Shown piece by piece: positions 51,420-60,854 of a DNA stretch of 64,000 nt. The first letter of the stretch is position 1. The number at the start of each line of letters is the position of its first letter. Made by a program: the position numbers and the translations under genes. The notes under the pieces are model-generated. The model saw only the letters and a list, made by a program, of their open reading frames with translations, did no database searches and was not told where the DNA came from. Origin of the DNA: an uncultured virus (IMG/VR IMGVR_UViG_3300037189_019086) (lineage: Duplodnaviria; Heunggongvirae; Uroviricota; Caudoviricetes); the IMG/VR virus record IMGVR_UViG_3300037189_019086. One strand, given 5' to 3'.

Positions 51420-53252
51420 GTGGCTGACAACACCACGACCAACGCCGGGACCGGCGGCGACACCATCGCCACCGACGAGCTGACCACCATCAACGGCGCC
51501 GCCTCCAGCGGCGTCAAGGTGCAGCGCGTCAAGATCGGGTTTGGCGTTGACGGCGACTTCAAAGACGTCAGCAACGCCGACCGGCTCCCGGTCACGGGCA
51601 CGTTCTGGCAGGCCACGCAGCCGGTGAGCTTCACCTGGGTGGGGCTGACCGACGCGCAGCTCCGTGCGACCCCCGTCGCCGTCAGCGGCACGTTCTGGCA
51701 GGCCACGCAGCCGGTCAGCGGCACGTTCTGGCAGGCCACGCAGCCGGTCAGCATCGCCTCGTGGGGCGGCCTCACCGACGCACAGCTCCGCGCATCGGCG
51801 GTGCCCGTGTCGGGCACCTTCTGGCAGGCCACGCAGCCGGTCAGCTTCACCTGGGCCGGCCTCACCGACGCGCAGCTCCGCGCCACCGCCGTGCCGGTCA
51901 GCGGCCCGCTGACCGACGCACAACTGCGCGCTGCCAACGTCAACACCAAGGTGGCGGCGTACAACTACCCGATCAGCACCGGCAACAGCAGCACGACGCA
52001 GCTTGCCGCCGGCGCGTCGTTCACTGGCGCAATCGAGACGGCGCAGGACCAGCCCAGCCTGTCGATCCTGCTGACCAGCGACCAGCCGACGACCGTGCGC
52101 GTCCGGCAGTTCATCGACGCGGGCGGCACGTTCGCAGCGCCGGACATCTTCTTCTACGTTGATGCAGGGGTGGGCTTCGCCCGTTCGCTGACGATCAACG
52201 GCAACTACGTGCAGGTCATCGCGCAGAACACGGGCGCATCGACCACCACGACGTTCAACCTCAACTGCGCGTATGGGTCTCTGGGTGACGCGGACTCCGC
52301 CGGCACGCAACCTGTGACCGAGCTGCCGCTGGTGCTGACCGGCGCCGCCGCGCAGACGGCCACGGTCAACAACATCCTGACCCCCGCGGCCGGCACGGCA
52401 GGCTTGAGCGTGGCCGGCTACCGCAGCGCCTCGGTGCAGGTCGTGTCCACCGGCACGGGGGGCACGTTCATCTTCGAGCAGAGCAACACGGGCGGGGCGG
52501 CAGCCAACGAATGGCGCCCGCTGCCGGTGTTCAACGCCGAGCTGGTGAATGGCACCCCGATCACGGCGGCGATCACCGCTACGGCCTCGCAGATCATCTA
52601 CACCTTCGCAGTCCGCGCCGTGTTCTTGCGCCTGCGGATCGCAACGACCATCACGGGCGGCAGCATCCGGGCTTTCTCGCGGATCTCAACCGAGCCGTGG
52701 ACGGCTGCGGCGCAACTCGTTGCAAGCAACACGGCCGGGAACATGCAGGTCACTGCGGACACCGAGTTCGCTGCCGCTGCCGCACTGGCTGACGCCGCAG
52801 CGAACCCGACCACGGCAAGTGGCGGAGCCCTTCAAAGCGGGTTCAACGGCACCACCTGGGACCGCGCCCGCAACAACCACAACGTTGCGGTCGAGGCGAG
52901 CAGTGCCAAGGTCGCCAGCGGCAACGGCTCGACGCAGACCAACTTCAACGCCAGCGGGCTGTTTGTGTGGGTCAACGTCACCGCAGTGTCCGGCACCACG
53001 CCGACCTTGACGGTGCGCGTGCAGTGGTCGCCCGACGGCGGCACCACTTGGCTGGATCTGGACACCACGAACGCGCAGACGGCCAGCATCACTGGCGTGA
53101 CCGCCGCGGTGCTGCGCATCTACCCGGGCATCGCCACTGCCGCCAACGCAGCGCTAAACGCGCCCCTGCCGCGCACGTGGCGCTTGGCTTGGACCGTCGG
53201 CGGCACGACGCCCAGCTTCACGTTCGCGGCCCAGGCCAGCTACATCCTGTAA
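51420..53252 (+). CDS. Fibre-like virion protein with internal peptide repeats
   Basis: T/A/G-rich; repeats GTFWQATQPVS x4 and LTDAQLRA x4. Confidence 0.7.
   Translation: MADNTTTNAGTGGDTIATDELTTINGAASSGVKVQRVKIGFGVDGDFKDVSNADRLPVTGTFWQATQPVSFTWVGLTDAQLRATPVAVSGTFWQATQPVSGTFWQATQPVSIASWGGLTDAQLRASAVPVSGTFWQATQPVSFTWAGLTDAQLRATAVPVSGPLTDAQLRAANVNTKVAAYNYPISTGNSSTTQLAAGASFTGAIETAQDQPSLSILLTSDQPTTVRVRQFIDAGGTFAAPDIFFYVDAGVGFARSLTINGNYVQVIAQNTGASTTTTFNLNCAYGSLGDADSAGTQPVTELPLVLTGAAAQTATVNNILTPAAGTAGLSVAGYRSASVQVVSTGTGGTFIFEQSNTGGAAANEWRPLPVFNAELVNGTPITAAITATASQIIYTFAVRAVFLRLRIATTITGGSIRAFSRISTEPWTAAAQLVASNTAGNMQVTADTEFAAAAALADAAANPTTASGGALQSGFNGTTWDRARNNHNVAVEASSAKVASGNGSTQTNFNASGLFVWVNVTAVSGTTPTLTVRVQWSPDGGTTWLDLDTTNAQTASITGVTAAVLRIYPGIATAANAALNAPLPRTWRLAWTVGGTTPSFTFAAQASYIL
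51597..51932 (+). repeat. In-frame coding repeats
   Basis: GGCAC(G/C)TTCTGGCAGGCCACGCAGCCGGT at 51597, 51687, 51720 and 51813. Confidence 0.9.
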
Positions 53253-53439
53253 GGCTGCGCGATGCTGCTCCTACTCAACCTGCGCGCCCCCGAGGTCTCG
53301 GGCCCAGCCCAGCCTACCGTCTCACGTGCGCTGTTCGTGGCGCCCGAGACCGCGACGGTGCGCGTGCGGGCCGAGGACACGCGCATGTTCGTGCCGCCCG
53401 ACGTCACCCGCATGACGGTCAGCTCGGAGGGTCGGTGAC

Positions 53440-53724
53440 ATGGCGATCCTCGGGCGATTCACCAAGCAGCCTGCCGAAGTCATCGACTACCCGGTCGACT
53501 TCACCGGCTGGTTCGCCGGCCGCTCGGGCGTGTCGATTGCGTCGTACACGGTCACGGCCGAAGCGGGCATCACGGTCTCTTCCCACCGCAGGGACGGCTT
53601 CGTGGTCACTGCGGTGATGGCCGGCGGCACAGCCGGCGCGACCTACAAGGTCACCGTACGGGTCACCACAAGCTCGAATCTGGTCAAGGAAGCCGAGTTC
53701 ACCATCAAGGTCAAAGAGACCTGA
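53440..53724 (+). CDS. Small Ig-like fibre/tail adaptor protein
   Basis: KQPAEVIDYPVDF..W...GGTAGATYKVT. Confidence 0.7.
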   Translation: MAILGRFTKQPAEVIDYPVDFTGWFAGRSGVSIASYTVTAEAGITVSSHRRDGFVVTAVMAGGTAGATYKVTVRVTTSSNLVKEAEFTIKVKET

Positions 53725-53743
53725 GCCACAGAGGGCAAACGCC

Positions 53744-54454
53744 ATGGAATACCCCGACTTCCTCGTCTGGTGCTTGAACGCAGGGATGACCCGTGCGCAA
53801 GCCGCCAACCTGTACGCATCCACCTTCAGCGGGCCGAGCACTTTCACCTGGGCGAACAAGCCGCCGGCCAGCGCTGTGCCAACGGGCACCGAAATCCTGG
53901 TCAGCGACGTCGGCAACGTCGGCGCGACCAGGTGGCTCAGCGACGGCGCGCTCTGGCGCCTCGCGGGCCAGCAAGACCTCGTGGTCGACTTCACGGCGTC
54001 GCCGCCCAGCGCCACCAACACGAGCGAGCAGGTGCTGAAGACGCTACCCGCCCTCCCTGCGGGCGTGTTGATGTCGCTGCGGTACTTCTCGTTGAAGGTA
54101 CTGACCTCGAAGTCAGGCACCGCAGAGACGTTGTCGGCGCGTTTCCGCATCGGCCTGACCGGCCTGACCGGGGACGCCTCGATGGGCACCAATACGGCAC
54201 TGACCGGCACCAGCCGCAACGGCACGTGCGAGTGGATGTTCTTCGCTTCGAGCACCACCCAACTTCGCGGTGTCGGCCGCGACCCCGGCTTCGGCGCCCC
54301 CGGCTTCAACTCGGGCACGGCAACGTCGGTCTACCCGACGAACAACTCCGTCTCCGACATGAGTACAAACGCGCTGATCATGAGCATCACCGTGCAGATG
54401 AGCGCCGGGGTCGAAACGGGCACGGTGGCGCACGCAATCCTGACTGGTTTCTGA
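53744..54454 (+). CDS. Short fibre-like virion protein
   Basis: LVSDVG..G...W.SDG..WR motif; T/S/G-rich. Confidence 0.6.
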   Translation: MEYPDFLVWCLNAGMTRAQAANLYASTFSGPSTFTWANKPPASAVPTGTEILVSDVGNVGATRWLSDGALWRLAGQQDLVVDFTASPPSATNTSEQVLKTLPALPAGVLMSLRYFSLKVLTSKSGTAETLSARFRIGLTGLTGDASMGTNTALTGTSRNGTCEWMFFASSTTQLRGVGRDPGFGAPGFNSGTATSVYPTNNSVSDMSTNALIMSITVQMSAGVETGTVAHAILTGF

Positions 54455-54460
54455 CCCGCC

Positions 54461-54877
54461 ATGAAGAAGTTGATCGCCGCAATCATCGCGCTGCTGGCCG
54501 GCGCCGCCATCGCCGAGCCCAAGAACCCGCTGGATCAGCCGATCCGCAACTGGCTGTTCATCCTGGTCATGGCGCTGCTGGGCGGCGCCGTGAGCTGGTA
54601 CTTGAAAGTCAAGCGGGGCGAGCTGGCCGCTACGAACATCTTCGCCCTGGTGGGCGAGTTCATGGTGTCCGCGTTGGCCGGCCTGCTGGCGTTCCTGATC
54701 TGCGACTACCTGGAGATGCCGCTGGGCATCACGGGGGCGGCGGCGGGACTGGCCGGCCACGCCGGCGCCAAGGCCCTCACCATCGGCGAGGTGTGGCTCC
54801 AGCGCTTCGCCGAGCAGAAGATGGGCGTGCCGCCGACCCGACCTGCCCCGCTCGACGACAAGAAGGACGGCCAGTGA
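54461..54877 (+). CDS. LydA-like holin
   Basis: LLGGAVSW...GEFMVSALAGLLAF...AAGLAGHAGAKAL; several transmembrane segments. Confidence 0.72.
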   Translation: MKKLIAAIIALLAGAAIAEPKNPLDQPIRNWLFILVMALLGGAVSWYLKVKRGELAATNIFALVGEFMVSALAGLLAFLICDYLEMPLGITGAAAGLAGHAGAKALTIGEVWLQRFAEQKMGVPPTRPAPLDDKKDGQ

Positions 54878-56988
54878 ACTACCCGGAGCTGCTCGTCTGG
54901 GGCCTCGCCGCCGGGTTCACCCGCGAGCAGATCGACGGGCTGTGGTCCGCCGCGTCCGGCCCGCTGGGCAGGGTCGTGAACGGCTTGTGGACCGGGAACC
55001 TCGCCGACGGCCCCCGCGCCAAGTTCAGCCTGCGCGGCACGCCTTACGCGGACCTCTGGCGCAACAGCGACAACGTGCTCGTCCAGTACGTCCGCACGGG
55101 CGTCAGCAGCATCCACGACTACCAGGGCTACCTGCACCTCATCCGGGCCAACGAACTCGGCTACGAGGGCCTGCGCCGGGTCGAGAACCTGTGCCCCGAC
55201 GCACGGAACATGACGACCGGCTGGACGCTCGATGCCACCGGCCAAGTCACCGACCGCACGTACATCGGCGGCTCGGCCACGGCCAACAGAGGCGTCCTCG
55301 TGACCCGGCCGTCGGCCTCGACGACCATGATCACGATGAACTCGTTGACCTACGAGCAGGATCTGCATGTGATCAGCGGCAAGTTCTGGGCGGCGTCGGG
55401 CTCGGTCACTCTGCGCATCCAGGCCATCCGCAGCGGCGACAACTTGGTCGTCGCCACCAGGGACATCACGATCAGCTCGACGCCGGCCCGCCGGGCGCTG
55501 GCTTTCACGCCGGCTGACGGCACGATCCACCGGATCGTCTTCGGGCTGGTGGCCGGCACCAGCTTCGGCATGGACGAGATCCTGGTCGAGCGCAAGGTCG
55601 ATCAGGTGCCGCACCCGAGCGAGTTCGTGACCCGCGGCGAAGCCGGCGCCGCATGGCCGTTCCAGGGCGCTGGCGTGGACGGCGTCCGCTACTTCGACGT
55701 GCTGCCGTACAGCTTCTTGGAAGCCGACGGCAACGTGTTCGACTTCCTCGACCGGGCGCCGATCCCGGAAGCGACCTTCCTCGGGGTCCGCCGCCCGCCG
55801 CCCGCCACGCAGCGGCTGCTCCAGACGGCGGACCTGACTGCCATCGCCAGCCCGACAGTCAGCACCGCGACGCCCTGGCAAAAGACCAACCTGGGGGCGG
55901 TGGCTCGGGTACAGAACGTGGCCAACCCGGTCGGCCGCAACCACTGCTACTTCCTGCCGGAGACCGCCACCACGGGTGCGTTCGAGCTGTTCCAAGACTG
56001 GAGCGGGACGCTGCCTGCCAGCACCAGCGCGCCGATCCCGAACGCTTGGTACGTGCGCCGCGGGCCCGGCCGCAAGTGGGTGCGGATCAGCACGCGGCTC
56101 GCGGACGGCACCACGACCCGCAGCGCGTGGTTCGATCTGGAGCGCGGTGTCTGGGGCGTGGTGGACGCAGGCATCGACGTGGCCGACCTGTACGCCTACA
56201 GCACGGGCATCAACGACTGGTGGCGCATCGGGCATGCAGAGCCGGTCGGCGCCGGCGCCACTGCGCCCCGGTTCACCCTCGGCGTCGCATCTGACGACGG
56301 CGTGACCAGTTACGCGGGCGTGGCTGGCAACGGCCTGTACGTGGCCGCGCCGATGGCCACCGAGGCGGACCACGTGACGGCCTACGTGGGCCACACGACC
56401 ACTGCGGTCAGCGTGCGGGGAGACGGCCACGTCGAGGTGCCGATCACCAGCAACGTGCCGGCGAACGACTTCACCTTCCACCTCGACTTCACGTTGATGG
56501 GGGCGCGGTCCGACAGCAGGACCAAGACCGGGTTCCACTACATCGCCTACAGTTACTTCGACAACAACAACCGCTGGGGCACGTGCATCCGGCCGGGCGT
56601 TGCCGGCGGCAACGCAGGCGACCGCGACGCGGCTGGATGGGCGCAGGACTACTACCCGAACACCGTCGGCTTCGACGGCGTCCAGGTCCGCACCGGGCTC
56701 GTGACCCAGCGTGGGCAGACGGTCAAGCAGTTCTTCGGGCAAGCGAGCGTCGCACGCAACGAAGCCGGGGGCGGCAGCTTCATGACGCTGGGAGGAATCA
56801 AGGCGTACTTCACTGGCGGTGTCGGCGCCGGCATCCCGACGACCGTGCCCATCGCCAACAAGGCGAGCACCATCCGCCTCGGCAGCAACGTGAGCGCCGG
56901 CAAGGTGGACATCTGCATCAAGAATGTGGTGATCTGGGACCGGGCATTGACCGATGCGGAGATGGCCAACGCCGGCAGCTACCGCTAG
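54874..56988 (+). CDS. Fibre/spike protein with LamG-like C-terminus
   Basis: GTG at 54874 overlaps the holin stop with an AAGGA RBS; GWWR-like DWWRI; IKNVVIWDRALTDAEM terminus. Confidence 0.7.
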   Translation: MNYPELLVWGLAAGFTREQIDGLWSAASGPLGRVVNGLWTGNLADGPRAKFSLRGTPYADLWRNSDNVLVQYVRTGVSSIHDYQGYLHLIRANELGYEGLRRVENLCPDARNMTTGWTLDATGQVTDRTYIGGSATANRGVLVTRPSASTTMITMNSLTYEQDLHVISGKFWAASGSVTLRIQAIRSGDNLVVATRDITISSTPARRALAFTPADGTIHRIVFGLVAGTSFGMDEILVERKVDQVPHPSEFVTRGEAGAAWPFQGAGVDGVRYFDVLPYSFLEADGNVFDFLDRAPIPEATFLGVRRPPPATQRLLQTADLTAIASPTVSTATPWQKTNLGAVARVQNVANPVGRNHCYFLPETATTGAFELFQDWSGTLPASTSAPIPNAWYVRRGPGRKWVRISTRLADGTTTRSAWFDLERGVWGVVDAGIDVADLYAYSTGINDWWRIGHAEPVGAGATAPRFTLGVASDDGVTSYAGVAGNGLYVAAPMATEADHVTAYVGHTTTAVSVRGDGHVEVPITSNVPANDFTFHLDFTLMGARSDSRTKTGFHYIAYSYFDNNNRWGTCIRPGVAGGNAGDRDAAGWAQDYYPNTVGFDGVQVRTGLVTQRGQTVKQFFGQASVARNEAGGGSFMTLGGIKAYFTGGVGAGIPTTVPIANKASTIRLGSNVSAGKVDICIKNVVIWDRALTDAEMANAGSYR

Positions 56989-57059
56989 ATTTCGCGGCCG
57001 TTGAGTTAGTGGTGGGTGCAGGCCGCAACCGAGTCCTTGCTTGGAACCAACCCGCCACC

Positions 57060-57108
57060 GCGCCCGCAGTCGAGCTACTCCTACCGGCTGCGGGCGCACC
57101 TCTTTTTT
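57060..57108 (+). terminator. Intrinsic terminator candidate
   Basis: GCGCCCGCAGTCG...CGGCTGCGGGCGC followed by ACCTCTTTTTT. Confidence 0.6.
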
Positions 57109-57135
57109 GGATCGACGTACGACTAGAATCCGAAC

Positions 57136-58398
57136 GTGACCACAGGCCGCGAACTCGAAGTCAACCTCAGCGTCATGCTGGGGCTGAACAACCGTCGCCC
57201 GGACTTCCGTCTGCGCACGAAGAGCGGCGCATTCGTGCGCTCGGCGCCGAACGTCATCGTCAGCGAGTCGGGCAGCCTGAAGCGGCGCGGCGGCTACACC
57301 GAGCAGTTCCCCGGCGACGACTGCCGCTCGTTCTGGGTCGGGCGCAACGATGTGGGGTTCTACGCCGACGGCCCGACGCTGTACCGCGTGCGCACGGGCG
57401 GCGGCGGGCTGACACGTGATGCCGTCACAGCAGACCTCGTGCGCGGCCGGTCGCTGACCTACGCCGAGGTCGGCACGGACGTGGTCTTCAGCGACGGCAT
57501 CACGAACCGCTGTGTCGGCCTGGACGGCATCCGCGTGTTCGGCGTGCCGGAGCTGGCCGCCCAGCCACTCGTCGCGGCCGGCACCGGCGGCGCGCTGACC
57601 GCCGGGGTCTACCAGATCGCCTTCGCCTACGGCAACGACCAGTTCGAGCTGTCCGGCTGCACGCCGGCCCAACTGGTCAGCGTGTCCAGCGGCGGCACGA
57701 TCACTGTCAGCGGCCTGCCCGCGTCCTGGCCGTCTGGCGCGACGGTGCTGGTCATCTACGTGAGCCAGTCCGGCGGCTCGACGATGTACGCCGAGGTGCA
57801 GCAGCTCGCCCCGGCCACGACCGCCACGATCACGCAGCTCAGCGGCTCGGGCATGCAGGCCACGACGTACCTGCGCCGCGCACTGCCGGCCGCGTCGATC
57901 CTGCGCTACCACGCCTCGCGGCTGTACGCCGCCGCAGGCACTGTGCTCTGGTACAGCGACGTGTACTCGCCCGCGCTCTGCACGCCGGCCAAGAACTACG
58001 TCCGGTTCCCCACCCCGATCACCGTCATGGAGCCGTGCGACGGCGGCATGTACGTGGTGGCGGATGCGACCTACTGGCTGGCCGGCGACATCGCCGCCGC
58101 CGAACTGAAGACGGTCGCGCCCTACACCGCGGTGTTCGGGTCCGGCACGTACCTGCCGCACAAACAAGACTGCGTGTGGATGACGCCCAAGGGCATCGCC
58201 AAGGGCTCATCGACCGGCGAGGTGGAGCTGCTGCAAGACGAGAACGTGGCGGTTGGCCGTGCCGCGTCGGCGGCAACTCTGGTTCAGGAGCAAGACGGAC
58301 AGCGGCTCGTGGCATCGAGCCTCTTCGGCGCCGAGGGCGCATCCGCTGCTGCACGCAGCTACATGGACGCGGAAGTGATCCGCAGGGGAACGACATGA
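57136..58398 (+). CDS. Virion structural protein (tail/nozzle-like)
   Basis: GLNNR...NV....G.LKRR.GY N-terminus; beta-rich. Confidence 0.7.
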   Translation: MTTGRELEVNLSVMLGLNNRRPDFRLRTKSGAFVRSAPNVIVSESGSLKRRGGYTEQFPGDDCRSFWVGRNDVGFYADGPTLYRVRTGGGGLTRDAVTADLVRGRSLTYAEVGTDVVFSDGITNRCVGLDGIRVFGVPELAAQPLVAAGTGGALTAGVYQIAFAYGNDQFELSGCTPAQLVSVSSGGTITVSGLPASWPSGATVLVIYVSQSGGSTMYAEVQQLAPATTATITQLSGSGMQATTYLRRALPAASILRYHASRLYAAAGTVLWYSDVYSPALCTPAKNYVRFPTPITVMEPCDGGMYVVADATYWLAGDIAAAELKTVAPYTAVFGSGTYLPHKQDCVWMTPKGIAKGSSTGEVELLQDENVAVGRAASAATLVQEQDGQRLVASSLFGAEGASAAARSYMDAEVIRRGTT

Positions 58399-58892
58399 AC
58401 ACCAAGCTGCATGGCGGCTTCAAGTACCTCATCGAGGTGCTGAAGGATGGAGTCGTTGTCGACTCCGAAGAGGTCTACAACCTGATGCCGACCGAGGGCG
58501 TGAACCACATGCTCGGCGTGACGCTCGTCGGGGCCAGCCAAGTCACGACTTGGTACGCCGGCCTCTACGAGGGCAACTACACGCCCGTGATCGGCGACAC
58601 CGCAGCGCTGCTGCCGAGCTTGGCCGTCGAATGCACGACGTACGTGGGCACCACGCGCAAGACGTGGACCCCCGGCAGCGTGGCGGCTGGCGTGGTGGAC
58701 AACAGCGCGGCGCGAGCCGAGTTCGAGTTCAACGCCACCAAGACGGTGTACGGCGGCTTCCTGTCGTCAGCACCGGCCAAGGGCGCCACGACCGGCGTCC
58801 TCATCTCCGTGGTGCGGTTCAGCTCGCCCCGCGTCCTCGACTCCGGCAGCATCCTTCGGGTGACCGCCGGCATGACCCTCACCTCCACCTGA
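58395..58892 (+). CDS. Virion structural protein
   Basis: ATGA overlap; NLMPTEG.NHML, TVYGGFL. Confidence 0.7.
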   Translation: MNTKLHGGFKYLIEVLKDGVVVDSEEVYNLMPTEGVNHMLGVTLVGASQVTTWYAGLYEGNYTPVIGDTAALLPSLAVECTTYVGTTRKTWTPGSVAAGVVDNSAARAEFEFNATKTVYGGFLSSAPAKGATTGVLISVVRFSSPRVLDSGSILRVTAGMTLTST

Positions 58893-58902
58893 AGGAAACA
58901 TC

Positions 58903-59343
58903 ATGCCCATCAAGCTCTCCACTGGCATGCGCAACAAGATGGCCGACACCGGCTCGGTGAAGTCGATCCTGGCCGGCGGCCTGATCCGCATCTACAGCGG
59001 CTCGCCGCCGGTCGATGCCGACGCGGCGGTGACCGGCCTGCTGCTCTGCACCATCTCGCTGGCCAGCGCCGGCACCGGCATCAACTTCGACACCGCGGCC
59101 GCAGCCGGCGTGCTGTCGAAAGCGCCGGGCGAGACCTGGAGCGGCAACAACGCCGCGACCGGCACGGCCACGTACTTCCGGCACGTGGCGGCCGGCGACG
59201 ACGGCACTTCGTCGACCACCCAGGCACGCATCCAGGGCACCGTCGCGACGGTGGGTGCGGACCTGAACCTCAGCTCGACCACGCTGACCTCGGGCGCCCC
59301 GCAGACCATCGACTACTACTCGTTCACGATCCCCGCCGCTTGA
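58903..59343 (+). CDS. Virion structural protein
   Basis: STGMRN, IYSG..P..AD, GTATYFR, RIQG. Confidence 0.72.
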   Translation: MPIKLSTGMRNKMADTGSVKSILAGGLIRIYSGSPPVDADAAVTGLLLCTISLASAGTGINFDTAAAAGVLSKAPGETWSGNNAATGTATYFRHVAAGDDGTSSTTQARIQGTVATVGADLNLSSTTLTSGAPQTIDYYSFTIPAA

Positions 59344-59354
59344 CCTGACGCGCC

Positions 59355-60854
59355 ATGACGACCGCCGTCATCCTCGAAAGTTTCCGCGGCAGCGGTGCGT
59401 TGGCGGGCACCGGGCCGGGCACGCTCACGGGCGTCGGGTCAGCAGGGTGGACGGCCAGTGAGTCCGGCGTGTTCACGCGGACGACCTCCGGCACCACGGT
59501 GACCATGAGTGGAACGGTCCGCTCCGCCACGCTGGACACGGACGGCGTATCGCCCGTCCACACCAGCGCTGGCGGCGGCGTGACGGTGGTCGAAGGCAGC
59601 ATGCTGCCCGGCGGCCTGATGGACATCTCGTTCGACTTCGAGTCGGATTACGCCGGCATCACCGTGCAGGCCAGCGGGTCGGGCCGGGCCGTCGTGGGTG
59701 CGTTCCAGACGCCGCACAACTTCACGGCGACGGCCCCCGGCTCCGGCCTGGTTGTGGTGCGCATCGAAGTCACCACGGCGGCCATGCGGTTCTACGTGAA
59801 CGACTCGCTGGTCTACACCCGCGGCTCGGGCGTCATGTCGGGCACGCCCATCACTTCGCTGCGCGTCGGATACCCCGGCTACCTGGGCAGCGACGGCTAC
59901 ACCCCCGGCGCATCGCCGGTCGCGCTCAACTACTTGCACCTCCAGACCGAGGTGTCGAGCGGCGCGCTGGGCAGCGGCGTGCCGACCCAGCCGGCGCCTA
60001 CCTCTGACTCGGACCTGAAAGTGCTGTTCTCCGACAACTTCGGGACGGCCATCAACCTGAATGGATCGCACGGCGAGACCGGCCCGCTCGCCAGCGCGAC
60101 CTGGGTATGCGAGGAGAACACTAGCGCGACCTTCTGGCCGGCGCCCGAAGCCTTCCCGCACTGGATGCGCGGGGGCTCAAACGGACTGACGGCCACCGGC
60201 GTGAGTCGGGTAGACGAAGAAGCCTTACTCTTAGCGCACTGCATCCCGACTTCAAACGCCGCGAGATTCACAGACTTGCCGGCCGTACTCGAAGTCCTGA
60301 TCCCACCAGGATTTACTGCATTCAGCGTGGGCTTTGCGTTTGCGACGTCTTCAGGAATTCCGTTTGCGCAAGCCAGTGCGGCAATAGAGGCCGACGGGAG
60401 CGTGCAGACGTTCTGGACACCCGGCGGGCCGACGTACGACGGCCCGAGGCCGAACTACGGCCTTGCCTTCGACCCATCGAGCATCTCGGTTGGAGGGTTG
60501 CCGCTTCGGCTTGAGCTGTGGCCTACCGAGCTGCGCCTCTACGTGGCCAACTCCCTGATCGGGGCATCGACTGGCGTCTCTACCGATTACCTAGCGCGGA
60601 CGGCCGACGGCAAGGTCGAGTTGATCGGGTGGTCGCTCAACGTCATACCGCGAATCCTCGGTACGTTGTTCACCAACCCGCGCCCAGTCGTAAAGCGCCT
60701 CAAGGTCAGCGGCGCCCAAAGCTCGTCCGGCGCGCTGCCTACTGAGTCTGACCTTGCGGCCGCGCTGAACCCCCCCGGCCCCGGCAACGAGCCGAAGCTG
60801 CTGGGCACCTCCGTGTTCTGGACCGGCTTCAAGACGACCTATGAAGTTCCCTAA
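59355..60854 (+). CDS. Putative tail-associated beta-rich protein
   Basis: 499 aa, G/T/S-rich, ends FWTGFKTTYEV. Confidence 0.6.
   Translation: MTTAVILESFRGSGALAGTGPGTLTGVGSAGWTASESGVFTRTTSGTTVTMSGTVRSATLDTDGVSPVHTSAGGGVTVVEGSMLPGGLMDISFDFESDYAGITVQASGSGRAVVGAFQTPHNFTATAPGSGLVVVRIEVTTAAMRFYVNDSLVYTRGSGVMSGTPITSLRVGYPGYLGSDGYTPGASPVALNYLHLQTEVSSGALGSGVPTQPAPTSDSDLKVLFSDNFGTAINLNGSHGETGPLASATWVCEENTSATFWPAPEAFPHWMRGGSNGLTATGVSRVDEEALLLAHCIPTSNAARFTDLPAVLEVLIPPGFTAFSVGFAFATSSGIPFAQASAAIEADGSVQTFWTPGGPTYDGPRPNYGLAFDPSSISVGGLPLRLELWPTELRLYVANSLIGASTGVSTDYLARTADGKVELIGWSLNVIPRILGTLFTNPRPVVKRLKVSGAQSSSGALPTESDLAAALNPPGPGNEPKLLGTSVFWTGFKTTYEVP

Noticed and set aside
51597..51932. CRISPR-like 29-bp repeats
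   Set aside because: Spacing is irregular (90, 33, 93 nt), always in frame, spacers resemble each other, and the repeats encode peptide repeats
53770..54873. N-terminal part of the 1072-aa ORF in the track
   Set aside because: Arg-rich shadow of the 53744 and 54461 genes; the real gene most likely starts at GTG 54874
48528..58167. Very long minus-strand ORFs (1260 aa, 1153 aa) and similar antisense ORFs elsewhere (e.g. 1243-3591, 33575-35635, 44586-46757)
   Set aside because: Shadow frames of high-GC3 genes on the opposite strand; no motifs and biased composition
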